A DNA stretch of 14,299 nt from an uncultured bacterium (GTDB lineage Bacteria; Abyssobacteria; SURF-5): positions 1-14,299 of the forward strand of contig CAZEBC010000099.1 in NCBI GenBank assembly GCA_964510165.1, in the 5' to 3' direction. The notes under the pieces were generated by a model. It was not told where the DNA came from, did no database searches, and saw nothing but the letters and a program-made list of their open reading frames with translations. A program made the translations under genes and the position numbers. Below are positions 13,787 through 14,299 of the stretch, piece by piece (the stretch's first letter is position 1; the number at the start of each line of letters is the position of its first letter).

Positions 13787-14299
13787 ATGAAGACATACGC
13801 GAAAAGGGTCAGACAGAACATTTTGAGGAACCAGCTTCTCGACCGAGAGCTTGACTATCTGCCAGCCACCGTCGAGCGCGATGAGGTGCGCCAGATAGCC
13901 CGCGTGTATGGTCCTTCTCGCAGGCGGTCGTTTCCCGCCAGGTTTGCATTCGGCCTGATTGATTTCCTCGCCAGGTACAGCGCCCCGTTTATCGGAATGA
14001 TCGTGGGGGCGGAGTATCAGGCCGCCAAGGCGCTGTATCCGCTGATCGGCAAGCAGGAGCGTTTCGGGGAAGCGCTTCGCATGTTTCTCGGCGAGGAATG
14101 GGGCCAGCGAGTCCAAGATACGAGCAACGCGTTCAAGGTGACCGGCACGCTCGTCGCGGCGACGCCCGATATCATCTATTCCGCGCTGTACGGCGCGCTG
14201 ACAGGGATTATCGTCTACGTCGGCTTGAAATGGATGCTCATGGCGGGCGGCGCCTTTCGCCGAAGACTAAAGCTGAGGCGCAAGATTTCGGAATTGCTC
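13787..14299 (+). CDS. Hypothetical membrane protein, 3' end outside the window
   Basis: Frame is open for 171 codons from ATG (MKTYAKRVRQNILRNQLLDRELDYLP...). The hydrophobic segment IIYSALYGALTGIIVYVGLKWMLMAGG is followed by basic RRRLKLRRK. It has a candidate promoter and RBS. It is missing from the ORF track because it has no stop in the window. Confidence 0.8.
   Translation, partial: MKTYAKRVRQNILRNQLLDRELDYLPATVERDEVRQIARVYGPSRRRSFPARFAFGLIDFLARYSAPFIGMIVGAEYQAAKALYPLIGKQERFGEALRMFLGEEWGQRVQDTSNAFKVTGTLVAATPDIIYSALYGALTGIIVYVGLKWMLMAGGAFRRRLKLRRKISELL

Noticed and set aside
1001-14116. Numerous other antisense and alternative-frame ORFs, including 5072..6145 and 13733..14116
   Set aside because: They overlap better-supported genes and are expected in GC-rich, codon-biased DNA.

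Overview
Bacterial chromosomal DNA of moderately high GC; the lineage cannot be determined from the sequence. Bases 1-990 are mostly non-coding and form a patchwork of short palindromes, REP-like hairpins and 7-10 nt tandem repeats, with one small Cys/His protein gene on the minus strand. Next is a divergent IlvD/Edd-family dehydratase (minus strand). A near-consensus sigma70 promoter then drives a probable plus-strand operon: tldD, a 1692-aa protein, larB, larC, coaD and an NCS2/AzgA-type permease. After it lie a four-helix-bundle gene with an in-frame TGA, bracketed by 22-bp inverted repeats, and a hypothetical membrane protein gene that runs off the window. The standout is the 1692-aa protein. 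It has a DnaA/Hda-type AAA+ domain, about 1000 aa of coiled coil containing a 177-aa tandem duplication, a second DnaA-type AAA+ domain and a probable third, degenerate one. No DnaA domain I or DNA-binding domain IV is recognisable. All family calls come from motif recognition by eye; no searches were run.
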